NCBI GenBank assembly: GCA_964639395.1 | Contig: CAZXCT010000002.1 | Span: forward strand, 11,925-51,184 | Length of the DNA stretch: 39,260 nucleotides | DNA from: an uncultured Bifidobacterium sp. | Lineage (GTDB): Bacteria > Actinomycetota > Actinomycetes > S36-B12 > UBA5976 | Direction: 5' to 3' | Shown here: piece after piece, positions 19,445-29,578 of the stretch | How positions within the stretch are numbered: position 1 is the first letter of the stretch | Layout: each line of letters starts with the position of its first letter | The notes under the pieces: generated by a model | Databases searched by the model: none | Told to the model about the DNA's origin: nothing | Seen by the model: the letters and a program-made list of their open reading frames with translations, nothing else | Position numbers and translations under genes: made by a program

Positions 19445-22400
19445 ATGTACCGCGAGATTAGTACTCGAGTAGACCTCACCAATTTGGAACATCAGGTGCT
19501 TGATTTTTGGAAGTCGAATTCCATTTTTGAGAAATCAGTCGCGATGCGCGCAGACGCTCCCACTTGGATTTTCTATGAGGGCCCTCCCACCGCAAATGGT
19601 TTACCAGGGGCACATCACGTAGAGGCGCGCGTTTTTAAAGATGTGTTTCCGCGCTACCGCACGATGCGTGGATACCAAGTCCCGCGGCGTGCTGGCTGGG
19701 ACTGTCATGGGCTTCCGGTAGAGCTCGCGGTTGAAAAAGAGTTGGGCTTTACTGGCAAAAACGATATTGAAAAGTTCGGAGTTGCAAAATTCAACCAAGT
19801 TTGTAGAGAATCCGTTCTGCGGCATGTTGATGCCTTCACGCTAATGACCGATCGAATGGGTTATTGGGTCGATTTTGAAAAAGCCTATTGGACGATGAGT
19901 CCGCAATACATCGAATCTGTTTGGTGGTCCTTGTCGCAGATTCACAAGAAAGGATTACTAGTACAAGATTTCAGAGTTTCACCATATTGCCCAAGATGTG
20001 GCACTGGATTAAGTGACCATGAAGTCGCCCAGGGCTATCAAGATGTGGTGGATCGTTCCATTTACGTAAAATTCAAGTTGACGCAAAGCGAATTACTAAA
20101 AGAGTTTTCAGAACTTTCTCTTATAGTTTGGACTACTACGCCTTGGACTTTAATTGCAAATACCGCAGTTGCCGTAGGTAGAGAAATTGAATATCAGATC
20201 GTGCAAGTGCAAGACGAAAATTTTGTTATTGCGAAAGATCTTGCCGCCGGTTTGCTTGAAGATTACATCGTTTTAAAGGATTTAAAGGGTACAGATCTTT
20301 TAGGCTCTCGCTATCAACCACCCTTTGCCTTGGACCAATTTAAAGAATTCACTTCAGAAAAATTGCACTCAATTCTTGAGGCAGATTTTGTAAATACCAG
20401 CGATGGCTCAGGAATTGTGCACCTCGCCCCTGCCTTCGGGGCTGATGACATGAAAACTTGTCGCTTAAACTCCCTTCCAGTAATTAATCCAGTATTAGCA
20501 AATGGCGAATTCGATGATTCATTTGAACTCATTAAAGGTCAGTTTTTTAAAGACGCCGACAAAACAATTATTAGAGATCTAATCGCTAGAAATCTTATGT
20601 ACAAAGAAGTTGCCTACCAGCACTCTTATCCGCATTGCTGGAGATGTAAAACCCCACTTATGTATTACGCGCAACCAGCCTGGTACATAAAAACTACTAG
20701 CATTAAAGAAAAGCTGTTAAGCGAAAATGAAAAAACTAACTGGTATCCCGAAACAATAAAACATGGTCGCTTCGGTGATTGGCTAAATAACAATGTTGAC
20801 TGGGCGCTTTCAAGAAACCGCTATTGGGGAACACCGCTACCAATCTGGATTTGCGAAGCAGGACATCAAACCGTTGTTTCTTCCCTTGCAGAATTAAGTC
20901 AGTTAGCGAGTCGCGATGTTACCGGGATTGATCCACATCGCCCCTACGTGGATGAAATAACAATCTCTTGCCCCTCGTGTAACGAGCTCGCTAGTCGTGT
21001 TCCGGAGGTTATTGATTGTTGGTACGACTCAGGCGCAATGCCCTTTGCCCAAATGTCATACCCCCAAAAGAATTCGGAACAGTTTAAAGCCAATTACCCA
21101 GCGGACTTTATTTGTGAAGCAATAGATCAAACGCGTGGCTGGTTTTACACATTGATGGCGATAGGTACATTAGTTTTTGACGAGAGTTCTTTTAAAAACG
21201 TTGTTGCGCTAGGCCATATTCTCGACGAAAAGGGTCGCAAGATGTCCAAGCACTTAGGCAACGTGCTCGAACCGATCGCACTAATGGATGAGCATGGTGC
21301 TGATTCAGTTCGCTGGTTTATGTTGGCAGCAGGTTCGCCCTGGCAATCTCGACGCTTAGGGCACAACGCAATCAGTGAAGTTACTAGAAAAGTTTTATTG
21401 ACTCTTTTCAACAGTGCCTCGTTTTTATCACTTTATGGACGCTTGAGTGATGGTGATTTTTTAACCAAAGCTAATCCGGTTAGTGAAAGACCGAGTTTAG
21501 ACAGATGGATCCTCTCTCTTATAAAAATGGTTGCGAATCAGACTGCACAAAGCTTGGATGAATTCGACACCCAAAAGGCTGGAAAGTTGCTGGCAGGTGC
21601 GGTCGATGATCTTTCCAATTGGTATGTGCGGCGCAGTCGAAGAAGATTCTGGGCTGGCGATGCCGATGCCTTAGCAACTTTGCACGAGAGCTTGCGAACA
21701 CTCACTTTAATTTTGGCACCCTACATACCTTTCATCACTGAAAGGATTTGGCAAGATTTATTTCGCACAACCACAGACGAGGCAACCCACTCAGTTCACC
21801 TGGCTAATTGGCCAGTGTTTGATGATTCAGAAATCGATCACGCGCTGTTAACGCAAATGCAGCTGGTTCGAGATTTAGTTGAACTGGGCAGAAGTGCCAG
21901 AGCAGAAAGTAAGGTTAAAAATCGTCAACCACTCGCCCGTGCCTTGATTTCTGCGTCGGGCTGGGATCAAGTACCCGCCGAGGTTAAGCAGCACCTACCT
22001 GAAGAATTGAATATTTTGCAAATGCAATCTATCTCGCAAGCAACTGATTTAGTGGATGTAAGTGTTAAAGCAAATTTTAGAAACCTTGGAACTCGCTATG
22101 GGGCTCAAACAAGTACCATTGCTCAGTTTATTAAAGAAAACTTATCGCTACCTCAAATTCAGCAAATTAGAGATTCGGGTGAAATTACTCTGTCAATCAC
22201 GGGCGCTAGCATTAAAATTGAATTAGCTGATTTGATCATCACTGAAACCCCTCGTACTGGTTGGGCAGTAGCGAGCGCAAACGCGGCAACTGTGGCTTTA
22301 GATTTGGCACTTACTAGCGAATTAAAGGGCATGGGATTAGCCAGAGAAGCAATTCGATTTATCCAAGAGAATCGCAAACTGGCGGGGTTTGAGGTATCAG

Positions 22401-22582
22401 ACCGCATCAAAATTAATTTGTGGTCTGAGAATCAAGAATTAATGAATGCGCTCGCGGTACACAAAGAAGAAATCTGTGAAGAAGTTTTGGCGGTTGAGTT
22501 CTTACCCACTAAGTTAAATCAAGCGCCAACCGCTAACGATGAAGAGCTGCAGCTTTCAATCTGGCTTGTTAAATCGAACTAA
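19445..22582 (+). CDS. ileS: Isoleucine--tRNA ligase (long actinobacterial / type 2 form)
   Basis: FYEGPPTANGLPGAHHVEARVFKD (HIGH region) and KMSKHLGN (KMSKS). I chose the ATG at 19445 because AGGAGG lies at 19435-19440. The track's TTG at 19430 precedes that SD. Confidence 0.96.
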   Translation: MYREISTRVDLTNLEHQVLDFWKSNSIFEKSVAMRADAPTWIFYEGPPTANGLPGAHHVEARVFKDVFPRYRTMRGYQVPRRAGWDCHGLPVELAVEKELGFTGKNDIEKFGVAKFNQVCRESVLRHVDAFTLMTDRMGYWVDFEKAYWTMSPQYIESVWWSLSQIHKKGLLVQDFRVSPYCPRCGTGLSDHEVAQGYQDVVDRSIYVKFKLTQSELLKEFSELSLIVWTTTPWTLIANTAVAVGREIEYQIVQVQDENFVIAKDLAAGLLEDYIVLKDLKGTDLLGSRYQPPFALDQFKEFTSEKLHSILEADFVNTSDGSGIVHLAPAFGADDMKTCRLNSLPVINPVLANGEFDDSFELIKGQFFKDADKTIIRDLIARNLMYKEVAYQHSYPHCWRCKTPLMYYAQPAWYIKTTSIKEKLLSENEKTNWYPETIKHGRFGDWLNNNVDWALSRNRYWGTPLPIWICEAGHQTVVSSLAELSQLASRDVTGIDPHRPYVDEITISCPSCNELASRVPEVIDCWYDSGAMPFAQMSYPQKNSEQFKANYPADFICEAIDQTRGWFYTLMAIGTLVFDESSFKNVVALGHILDEKGRKMSKHLGNVLEPIALMDEHGADSVRWFMLAAGSPWQSRRLGHNAISEVTRKVLLTLFNSASFLSLYGRLSDGDFLTKANPVSERPSLDRWILSLIKMVANQTAQSLDEFDTQKAGKLLAGAVDDLSNWYVRRSRRRFWAGDADALATLHESLRTLTLILAPYIPFITERIWQDLFRTTTDEATHSVHLANWPVFDDSEIDHALLTQMQLVRDLVELGRSARAESKVKNRQPLARALISASGWDQVPAEVKQHLPEELNILQMQSISQATDLVDVSVKANFRNLGTRYGAQTSTIAQFIKENLSLPQIQQIRDSGEITLSITGASIKIELADLIITETPRTGWAVASANAATVALDLALTSELKGMGLAREAIRFIQENRKLAGFEVSDRIKINLWSENQELMNALAVHKEEICEEVLAVEFLPTKLNQAPTANDEELQLSIWLVKSN

Positions 22583-23040
22583 TCTTCAAGTGATTTAGTG
22601 GTGCTGGAAGAGATTTGATCAGGATGTTGTAAATCATCTAACATTCCGCTCAGCCAGTCTTTTAATCTTCTTCGATACTCGCTTTCAATCGCCTCTAATT
22701 TTTTAACCTCTGCTTCGATAGCTTTTCTTTCAGATTCAACAGTCGAGGTGATACTTGCCGCTCTCGCCCGAGCATCTCTTACTACCCGCTCGGCTTCTGA
22801 GTTGGCGGCCTTTAGTGCTTGCTGCGCTAATCCAAGAATTTCTGCTGGGTCTTTGTCAGAGATTTCGCTTAATGAACTTACGCTTGCGCTGCTTTGTGAG
22901 GTGACAACCTGCGATTGAAGGGACGCAACTTCTGCCTGTAGGTAATCTAAAAAAGCATCTACCTGTTCAACGTCATATCCAGATTTAAATCGCCGTAAAT
23001 CAAATTTTGCATTTTCTATATCTGAAGGACGCAAAGCCAT
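22579..23040 (-). CDS. divIVA: DivIVA-domain cell-pole/division protein (short Wag31-like)
   Basis: 153 aa. MALRPSDIENAKFDLRRFKSGYDVEQVDAFLD is the DivIVA N-terminal domain, followed by a coiled-coil. It occupies the conserved position after yggT. Confidence 0.9.
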   Translation of the reverse strand: MALRPSDIENAKFDLRRFKSGYDVEQVDAFLDYLQAEVASLQSQVVTSQSSASVSSLSEISDKDPAEILGLAQQALKAANSEAERVVRDARARAASITSTVESERKAIEAEVKKLEAIESEYRRRLKDWLSGMLDDLQHPDQISSSTTKSLED

Positions 23041-23055
23041 CTCTTCTCCTGAACC

Positions 23056-23331
23056 TTAAAGCCCTCTAGCTATACCCATTGCAATTTGCAACAGGATGAT
23101 TACCACTATAAAACTTAAATCAAGCGAAACTGCACCTAATCGCAACGGAGGTATAAACCTTCTAAAAAATTTGAGAGGAGGATCAGTCAAACTGTAGATT
23201 CCTTCAACTATAACTAGAACGCCACCACTGGGGCTCCAAGAACGAGAGAAAATTTGAACATAATCAATTACTAATCGACCAATCATGATCCAAAAGTAAA
23301 GGTACAGAACGGTATAAAGTATTGATCCCAT
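23056..23331 (-). CDS. yggT: YggT-family membrane protein
   Basis: 91 aa with two hydrophobic helices. Conserved position between sepF and divIVA. Confidence 0.8.
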   Translation of the reverse strand: MGSILYTVLYLYFWIMIGRLVIDYVQIFSRSWSPSGGVLVIVEGIYSLTDPPLKFFRRFIPPLRLGAVSLDLSFIVVIILLQIAMGIARGL

Positions 23332-23371
23332 TGCTCTTAGGTTACCTTATGACTAGGGGGCGCAATAGCGC

Positions 23372-23872
23372 TCAGGACTGGTTAAAAAACCCGTCGCCTT
23401 GTAGCTGTGCTCGCGCGGCAGCTCCCAAATCCACATTCGCTGGTGAAAGCAGAAACACTTTTGTGGTGACCTTTTCAATAGATCCCATTAATCCAAAAAC
23501 TAATCCCGCCGCAAAATCGACAATTCTTTTAGCGTCGACGTCGTCTAAATCAGTTAAATTCATAATGACCGGCACACCCATTCGATACTCTTCACCAATT
23601 CGACGCGCCTCGTTGTAAGAGCGAGGATGCAAGGTGGTGATTCTTGATATCGAAGGTTCAAAACTGTTTTGTGGTTGTGGTGTAACTTCACGTTTTTCTG
23701 CTAAGGCAGTTGCCCCATAAGAGATAGGTTGACGCGAAAACCTACTCGAAGCACTAACCACTTCATTAACACGTGGAATCTCAGTTGAAAAATCGTCTTG
23801 ATAATCATCGAAATCGCGGTTATCTTCAACCAGACCTAAATAAACGGCCATTTTGCGCATTCCGCTAGGCAT
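23372..23872 (-). CDS. sepF: Cell division protein SepF
   Basis: 166 aa. MRKMAVYLGLVED N-terminus and a C-terminal FtsZ-binding core (SYNEARRIGEEYRMGVPVIMNL...RIVDFAAGL). GGGGGG SD lies 5 nt before the ATG. Confidence 0.93.
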   Translation of the reverse strand: MPSGMRKMAVYLGLVEDNRDFDDYQDDFSTEIPRVNEVVSASSRFSRQPISYGATALAEKREVTPQPQNSFEPSISRITTLHPRSYNEARRIGEEYRMGVPVIMNLTDLDDVDAKRIVDFAAGLVFGLMGSIEKVTTKVFLLSPANVDLGAAARAQLQGDGFFNQS

Positions 23873-23887
23873 TTAGCCCCCCTTGGC

Positions 23888-23911
23888 TACTTCTGTTACA
23901 GATGTGACAGA
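23888..23911 (-). other. Stem-loop in the yggS-sepF intergenic spacer
   Basis: CTTCTGT (23888-23894) pairs with ACAGAAG (23905-23911). On the minus-strand RNA this gives a 7-bp stem, a C/A mismatch, 2 more bp and a 4-nt loop. No U-tract follows; the sepF SD does. Confidence 0.35.
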
Positions 23912-23918
23912 AGAGACA

Positions 23919-24611
23919 TTACAACAAACTAGGCCTTACTCCTAGTAACAAAGAGCCAATTCGAAGGTGTGTCGCACCAAAACTGATTGCTTCTTCAAAG
24001 TCCTCGCTCATCCCCGCGCTCAACTGGCTGGCTTGGGGGTAGTTCTTTACAAACTCGCCCCGAATCTGACTGAGCCTTTCGAAGGCTGCGGTTGGCGCTT
24101 GACCCAGCGGCGCAACCGCCATTAACCCAACCAGGTTCAGATTAGCTAAAGCGGTTACTGCCGCCGCAAGCTCAAATAGTTGCTCGCCTACCACGCCACC
24201 ACGATTGGGGTCATCTCCACCAAGATCTACCTGAATAAATATTTTCATTTTTTTGGACACTTTTGCTGACCACTTATCTATTTCAGTTGCAAGACGAATT
24301 CTGTCTACCGAATGAATATAGTCTGCGTAATTAACAACAGATTTAACTTTATTAGTTTGCAACTGGCCTACGAAGTGCCAATTTAATTGACTCTTAACAG
24401 CGAGGTGTTTTTCACGTGCTTCTTGATCCTTGTTTTCGCCAACATTTTTGACACCTAAACTCGCTAATAGGTCAACATCTAGCGGTGGATAAGTCTTTGT
24501 AACGGCAATTAGCGTAACTTCAGAATCGCTGCGACCAGAGTTTTGGCAGGCTTGTGCAATCCGCTCATTTATTTGTTTTAAATTATCGGCTAATTCTTCA
24601 GTTCTATTCAT
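23919..24611 (-). CDS. yggS: YggS-family pyridoxal-phosphate homeostasis protein
   Basis: 230 aa. VTLIAVTKT (PLP lysine), WHFVGQLQTNKVK and LSAGMSEDFEEAI motifs. Confidence 0.92.
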   Translation of the reverse strand: MNRTEELADNLKQINERIAQACQNSGRSDSEVTLIAVTKTYPPLDVDLLASLGVKNVGENKDQEAREKHLAVKSQLNWHFVGQLQTNKVKSVVNYADYIHSVDRIRLATEIDKWSAKVSKKMKIFIQVDLGGDDPNRGGVVGEQLFELAAAVTALANLNLVGLMAVAPLGQAPTAAFERLSQIRGEFVKNYPQASQLSAGMSEDFEEAISFGATHLRIGSLLLGVRPSLL

Positions 24612-24614
24612 CTA

Positions 24615-25334
24615 CTAATTAAACCAAATTGCACTGGCGAATCGCCCGGTAATGCCATCGCGCCGGTAGCTGTAAACATCTGGATTTTCAAAAGTGCAGA
24701 TATTCACCAATTCTGGAGTAATTTCGTATTGTAAAAATTGTGAAATTAGTCCTGCCTGTATATCAATACAGTACTTTCCCTCGCTCGTGATTTTAGCTGC
24801 GCTTGGCACCATCGACTGGACTTCTAGGTATCGCTCACGTGAGACGCGATAGCAACTAGCACATATTGAGGGTCCAATTACTGCTTTGAAACTCTTTGCA
24901 CCTTTGTTTATTAAGTGCGATAAGACTTTTGGCAAAATAGCGTTATTCATTCCGCGCCAGCCGGCATGAATCGCTGCTATTTGTTGAATTTCTTCTGCGT
25001 AGATTAAAATTGAGGCACAATCAGCACTCAAAATTGCGAGTGCAATATTTTTTTCGCTAGTGATTAGCGCGTCTACCTCAGATATATCCTCAAGAGATTT
25101 ATCTACTACCTGGGCAAACTCCGTCCCGTGACAAGCAACGGGATAAACGACATTTTTCGATATTTGAGAAGCGAGTGATTCACGATTCTGTAGCACCGCG
25201 TTTGAGTCATCACCAACATGGATAGCTAAGTTTGCTTCGTAATAATTCCCAACTGACACACCATTCCAGCGTGAAGTAATTAGCCAGCTGGCATCACCAA
25301 ATGTTCCATTTGAAAGTGGCTTGATCTCGCCCAC
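24615..25334 (-). CDS. pgeF: YfiH/PgeF-family (laccase-domain) protein
   Basis: 239 aa. SADCASILI, HAGWRG and CTF...YSYRRDG motifs. GTG start 2 nt after the ftsZ stop. Confidence 0.88.
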   Translation of the reverse strand: MGEIKPLSNGTFGDASWLITSRWNGVSVGNYYEANLAIHVGDDSNAVLQNRESLASQISKNVVYPVACHGTEFAQVVDKSLEDISEVDALITSEKNIALAILSADCASILIYAEEIQQIAAIHAGWRGMNNAILPKVLSHLINKGAKSFKAVIGPSICASCYRVSRERYLEVQSMVPSAAKITSEGKYCIDIQAGLISQFLQYEITPELVNICTFENPDVYSYRRDGITGRFASAIWFN

Positions 25335-25336
25335 AA

Positions 25337-26500
25337 CTATCTAAGAAAGTCTGGAATATCTAATTCGTCATCAGCCGTATCGTCAAAAACCACTCGTCGC
25401 GGTGTAACCGCTTCGGTGGCATCAAAATCATTTTTTATCACCGGTTGCGGTCCTGTCGTTTCGTTGGCATTAACAAAATCTGGAATCTCTGAATCCTCAG
25501 ACTTATCGTTTGCTGCTCCAGTGGGAGTCCAAGGCCGATTGGATGGTTCGTAAGAATCAAAACCAGCCGCGATTACCGTCACCCGCACTTCATCACCCAA
25601 GGTGTCGTCAATAACTGTTCCAAAAATTATATTTGCTTCTGGATGTGCCACATCGGCTACCAGGCGGGCAGCTTCATTAATTTCAAATAAACCTAAATCC
25701 GAACCACCCGCGATAGACAGCAATACACCTTTTGCTCCATCGATACTGGCTTCAAGTAGCGGACTGGCAATCGCATTACGTGCTGCCTCGGCTGCTCTGT
25801 TCTCGCCACGTGCCATACCAATACCCATTAAGGCGCTTCCCGCACCTTTCATCACACTTCGAACATCTGCGAAGTCGAGATTAATTAATCCTGGGGTGGT
25901 AATTAAATCTGTGATGCCACTTACGCCCTGTAATAGCACGTGATCGGCTTGCTTAAATGCGTCTAGCATTGAAATGTTTTTATCTGAAAGACTCAATAGC
26001 CGATCATTTGGAATGACAATTAAAGTGTCAACTTCTTTTCGAAGCGCTTCTACTCCAATTTCTGCTTGACCAATTCTGCGCTGACCTTCAAAATTAAATG
26101 GTTTGGTAACAACACCAATCGTCAAAGCCCCTTGTTCGCGGGCAATTCTTGCGACAACCGGTGCACCACCTGTGCCGGTGCCGCCACCTTCCCCGGCCGT
26201 GACAAATACCATGTCAGCCCCACGGAGTACGTCACTTAATTCTTCGCTGTGATCTTCTGCTGCTTGTCGACCCACTGTTGGGTCAGCACCAGCACCAAGC
26301 CCACGTGTCAATTCCCTACCAATATCTAGCTTTACGTCTGCGTCGCTCATTAATAGCGCTTGCGCATCAGTATTTATCGCGACAAATTCGACACCTTTTA
26401 CGCCTACTTCAATCATTCGATTAATAGCGTTGACACCGCCACCACCAATACCCACAACTTTGATAACCGCTAAATAATTTTGCGGTGCGACCACGCCCAT
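25337..26500 (-). CDS. ftsZ: Cell division GTPase FtsZ
   Basis: 387 aa. [24 protein letters not shown], and the C-terminal peptide [11 protein letters not shown]. Confidence 0.98.
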   Translation of the reverse strand: MGVVAPQNYLAVIKVVGIGGGGVNAINRMIEVGVKGVEFVAINTDAQALLMSDADVKLDIGRELTRGLGAGADPTVGRQAAEDHSEELSDVLRGADMVFVTAGEGGGTGTGGAPVVARIAREQGALTIGVVTKPFNFEGQRRIGQAEIGVEALRKEVDTLIVIPNDRLLSLSDKNISMLDAFKQADHVLLQGVSGITDLITTPGLINLDFADVRSVMKGAGSALMGIGMARGENRAAEAARNAIASPLLEASIDGAKGVLLSIAGGSDLGLFEINEAARLVADVAHPEANIIFGTVIDDTLGDEVRVTVIAAGFDSYEPSNRPWTPTGAANDKSEDSEIPDFVNANETTGPQPVIKNDFDATEAVTPRRVVFDDTADDELDIPDFLR

Positions 26501-26738
26501 GCCCCTTTGTTAAATCTAAACCTTTACTTGAGCCTTAAACTTTTTCACACATTTTGGCGGACAGAACCTATGTAATGGCCGAATCATTTGCAAGCAAGCC
26601 TGTCGGCGTGTCTCGATAATTATTTCTATATATATAGTGATGCGAAATACCATTGTCCCACCATCCACAAGCGAATGCGTTTAATAATCTTGCGGTTAAG
26701 GTAGGGGCAAGCAACGTTCAAGGGGCAGTAAACTTTTT
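26501..26738. promoter_or_regulatory. Divergent ftsZ / pntAA control region (largest non-coding stretch in the window)
   Basis: 238 nt between two divergent start codons. AT-rich core TATTTCTATATATATAGT (26621-26638). AAAGGGG precedes the ftsZ ATG. Promoters are assigned by position only. Confidence 0.5.
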
Positions 26739-27875
26739 ATGAAACTCGTAGTGGTTAAAGAAACCAAGCCAGGTGAAAAACGCGTTGCGGTAGTTCCAGA
26801 AGTAATTTCCAAGCTCATCAAATTAGGGTTTGAAGTAGAAGTAGAGTCCGGTGCTGGAGTTTCCAGTTTAAGTGAAGATCAGGCCTATTTAGCGGTCGGT
26901 GCAAAAATTATTTCTGACCTGAATCAATCACTGGCGGCCGCGGATGTGGTGGTAAGTGTAAATCCTTTAGAAGTCAGTTTAATAAAAAGTCTCAAACCCG
27001 CTACGGTGCTAATTTCTTTTGCGCAGGCTAAAAGAGATTTAGAAAGTCTAAAAGCAATTATCAATCAAAAAGCAACTATCTTGTCATTCGATTTTCTACC
27101 CCGAATCTCAAGAGCGCAGGCGGCAGACGCACTAACTTCACAAGCAACCGTTGCCGGCTATCACACAATGTTGAAGGCCTCAAGTCTGAGTCAAAGAATG
27201 TTCCCGCTAGTGATGACAGCTTCTGGAACGATCAGACCCGCAAAAGTTTTAGTACTTGGTGCAGGTGTAGCAGGATTGCAGGTTATGAGTGTGGCTAAAA
27301 AGTTGGGAGCAGTCGTCTTCGGATATGACGTGCGAGTTGCCTCTAAAGACGAAGTAAAATCAGTAGGAGCAACTTTTATTGAATTAGATTTACCACCATT
27401 AGAGGGCTCAGGCGGTTACGCCAGAGAGTTAAATGAAGAACGATCCAAGTTGCAACAAGAATTGTTAACACCTTATATAACCGCTAGCGATGTTTTAGTT
27501 ACAACTGCGATGGTGCCAGGCAGGCCCGCGCCACGACTGGTTAGCGCAGAAATGTTAAAGACGATGCGCGCCGGAAGTGTAGTTGCCGATATGGCCGCAG
27601 AAAGTGGTGGAAATGTCGAAGGAACTAAAACCGGCGAAACTATTTCTTATTTTGGGGTCACCATTTGGGGCGGCGCAAACATTGCAAGTCAAATGAGTCC
27701 TGATGCCTCATTTTTGTATTCTGGAAATATCGTCGCGATGTTGGGATTCTGCGTAAAAGAAAATGCGCTCAATCTTGATATGAATGACGAAGTGATCAAG
27801 GGTGCTGCCCTAGTGGCGCAGGGCGAAGTAGTAAATGATTTTCTTCGGCAAGAATTAACAGCGGAGTCAAAATAA
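26739..27875 (+). CDS. pntAA: NAD(P) transhydrogenase subunit alpha part 1 (dI, NAD(H)-binding)
   Basis: 378 aa. KETKPGEKRVA and VLGAGVAGLQ (Rossmann) motifs; alanine-dehydrogenase-like fold. Confidence 0.93.
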   Translation: MKLVVVKETKPGEKRVAVVPEVISKLIKLGFEVEVESGAGVSSLSEDQAYLAVGAKIISDLNQSLAAADVVVSVNPLEVSLIKSLKPATVLISFAQAKRDLESLKAIINQKATILSFDFLPRISRAQAADALTSQATVAGYHTMLKASSLSQRMFPLVMTASGTIRPAKVLVLGAGVAGLQVMSVAKKLGAVVFGYDVRVASKDEVKSVGATFIELDLPPLEGSGGYARELNEERSKLQQELLTPYITASDVLVTTAMVPGRPAPRLVSAEMLKTMRAGSVVADMAAESGGNVEGTKTGETISYFGVTIWGGANIASQMSPDASFLYSGNIVAMLGFCVKENALNLDMNDEVIKGAALVAQGEVVNDFLRQELTAESK

Positions 27876-28172
27876 ATGGATCAATTAGCCCTTTTAACTA
27901 TTTTTATCTTGAGTATTTTTGTTGGATATGAAGTGGTTTCGAAAGTCTCGACAGTTTTGCACACACCATTGATGAGTGGAGCCAACGCGATTCATGGAAT
28001 CATCTTGGTTGGAGCGATAATCGTCACCTCTCATGCATCAGGTGCGGTTGAATTAACTATCGGCGCCATTGCAATTGTGCTTTCTGCAATAAATATGGTG
28101 GGTGGATTTGTTGTAACAGATCGAATGTTGGATTTATTTAAGCCAAAAAAGAAGGCAGAAGATAAATCATGA
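27876..28172 (+). CDS. pntAB: NAD(P) transhydrogenase subunit alpha part 2 (membrane)
   Basis: 98 aa, three hydrophobic helices. VHTPLMSGANAIHGI motif. Starts the nucleotide after the pntAA stop. Confidence 0.9.
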   Translation: MDQLALLTIFILSIFVGYEVVSKVSTVLHTPLMSGANAIHGIILVGAIIVTSHASGAVELTIGAIAIVLSAINMVGGFVVTDRMLDLFKPKKKAEDKS

Positions 28173-29548
28173 ATTCTCCCGTCTGGACAGAAATAGTAAA
28201 TTTAGTTGCCGCGGTTGCTTTTATCTTGGCGTTAAAAGCGCTAGCAGGGCCTAAAACTGCTCGACTCGGTAACCGAATTGGTGCTATTGGCGCTGTCGTT
28301 GCCACCGTAGTTGTCTTTTTTGCTATCAATGAAGTTGCCAACGCAGAAATTATTTTGGTCTCTATCGCCGTGGGATCAATTTTAGGATATATCGCCGCGA
28401 AAAAAGTTCAAATGACGCAAATGCCGCAAATGGTTGCACTATTTAATGGTGCTGGTGGCGGAGCCGCCATGGCGGTTGCCTTAATTGAATTTTTAACTGG
28501 ATCAATATTTTCATCACCCATCTCGCTAATCGCGACGGTGCTAACGATAATTATCGGTGGGGTGGCTTTTACTGGCTCAATTGTTACATTTTTAAAACTT
28601 CAAGAATTGATGACTTCACGTCCAGTAATTATCCCCTTAGGAAGATTTATTACGATCGGTGTTGCCCTAGCAAACGTATTTTTTGCGATGTATTTGATTT
28701 ACTCGCCACAAGTTTGGATGATGTGGACGCTGGCGATTTTGTCACTAGTACTAGGTGTGCTGTTTGTCTTGCCCGTCGGCGGCGCAGATGTGCCGATTGT
28801 AATTAGTTTGCTAAACGCCTTCACGGGTTTGTCTGTAGCTGGTATGGGTTACGTGCTTGGAAACGTTTTGCTGCTCATCGGCGGAACGCTAGTAGGCGCA
28901 TCAGGAACCTTATTGACACAACTGATGGCACAAGCAATGGGCAGGCCACTTACCAACACATTGTTTGGAGCTTTTACCGCAACCGCACAAAGCGTTGTAA
29001 GTAGCTCAGAAGACCGCGCCGTCAAATCTGCTCAGCCTAATGACATTGCAATTATGTTGGCCTACGCTTCGCGCGTAATAATTGTTCCAGGATACGGGCT
29101 AGCTGTAGCGCAAGCACAACAATCACTTCGTGAATTAGTTGAATTGCTAATAGCAAAAGGAATAGAAGTGCAATATGCAATTCACCCTGTTGCTGGACGA
29201 ATGCCCGGCCACATGAATGTCTTACTAGCAGAGGCAGATGTGCCTTATGAGCAATTAAAAGAAATGGACGAGATAAATTCTGATTTTGCTTCTACTGATG
29301 TAGCTTTGGTAGTTGGCGCTAACGATGTAGTTAATCCGGCGGCAAGAAGTGATGCCACTTCCCCGATCTACGGCATGCCTATATTAAATGTAGATCAAGC
29401 AACGCAGGTTGTCTTTATGAAGCGATCAATGAGACCTGGATTTGCTGGAATCGAAAACGAATTGTTATTCAACGATAAAACTACGCTGCTATTTGGCGAT
29501 GCCAAAGAATCTATTACAAAAACTATTGCTGCGGTCAAGGCTTTATAA
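28169..29548 (+). CDS. pntB: NAD(P) transhydrogenase subunit beta
   Basis: 459 aa. Polytopic N-terminal part and a C-terminal dIII domain (VPGYGLAVAQAQ, IHPVAGRMPGHMNVLLAEA, GANDVVNPAA). 4-nt overlap with pntAB. Confidence 0.95.
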   Translation: MNSPVWTEIVNLVAAVAFILALKALAGPKTARLGNRIGAIGAVVATVVVFFAINEVANAEIILVSIAVGSILGYIAAKKVQMTQMPQMVALFNGAGGGAAMAVALIEFLTGSIFSSPISLIATVLTIIIGGVAFTGSIVTFLKLQELMTSRPVIIPLGRFITIGVALANVFFAMYLIYSPQVWMMWTLAILSLVLGVLFVLPVGGADVPIVISLLNAFTGLSVAGMGYVLGNVLLLIGGTLVGASGTLLTQLMAQAMGRPLTNTLFGAFTATAQSVVSSSEDRAVKSAQPNDIAIMLAYASRVIIVPGYGLAVAQAQQSLRELVELLIAKGIEVQYAIHPVAGRMPGHMNVLLAEADVPYEQLKEMDEINSDFASTDVALVVGANDVVNPAARSDATSPIYGMPILNVDQATQVVFMKRSMRPGFAGIENELLFNDKTTLLFGDAKESITKTIAAVKAL

Positions 29549-29564
29549 GAACTTCCGCTGTAGG

Positions 29565-29574
29565 TTACTAGTAA
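29565..29574. repeat. Perfect 10-bp palindrome TTACTAGTAA in the pntB-nuclease gap
   Basis: Read directly from the sequence; it is its own reverse complement. Function unknown (possible operator). Confidence 0.6.
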
Positions 29575-29578
29575 TCGC

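Noticed and set aside
19448-19454. TACCGCG heptamer right at the ileS start, reminiscent of the conserved T-box sequence (GGUGGUACCGCG) known upstream of actinobacterial ileS.
   Set aside because: It lies inside the coding sequence (ATG TAC CGC GAG) and encodes the Y-R that also occurs near the IleRS N-terminus in Streptomyces. Only 54 nt of spacer exist upstream, and I could not find a Stem I or AUC specifier structure there.
26575-26619. A 14-codon ORF (MAESFASKPVGVSR) in the ftsZ/pntAA spacer as a possible leader peptide.
   Set aside because: It has no SD or leaderless-type -10 in front and no obvious regulatory codon bias. It is too short to support without conservation data.
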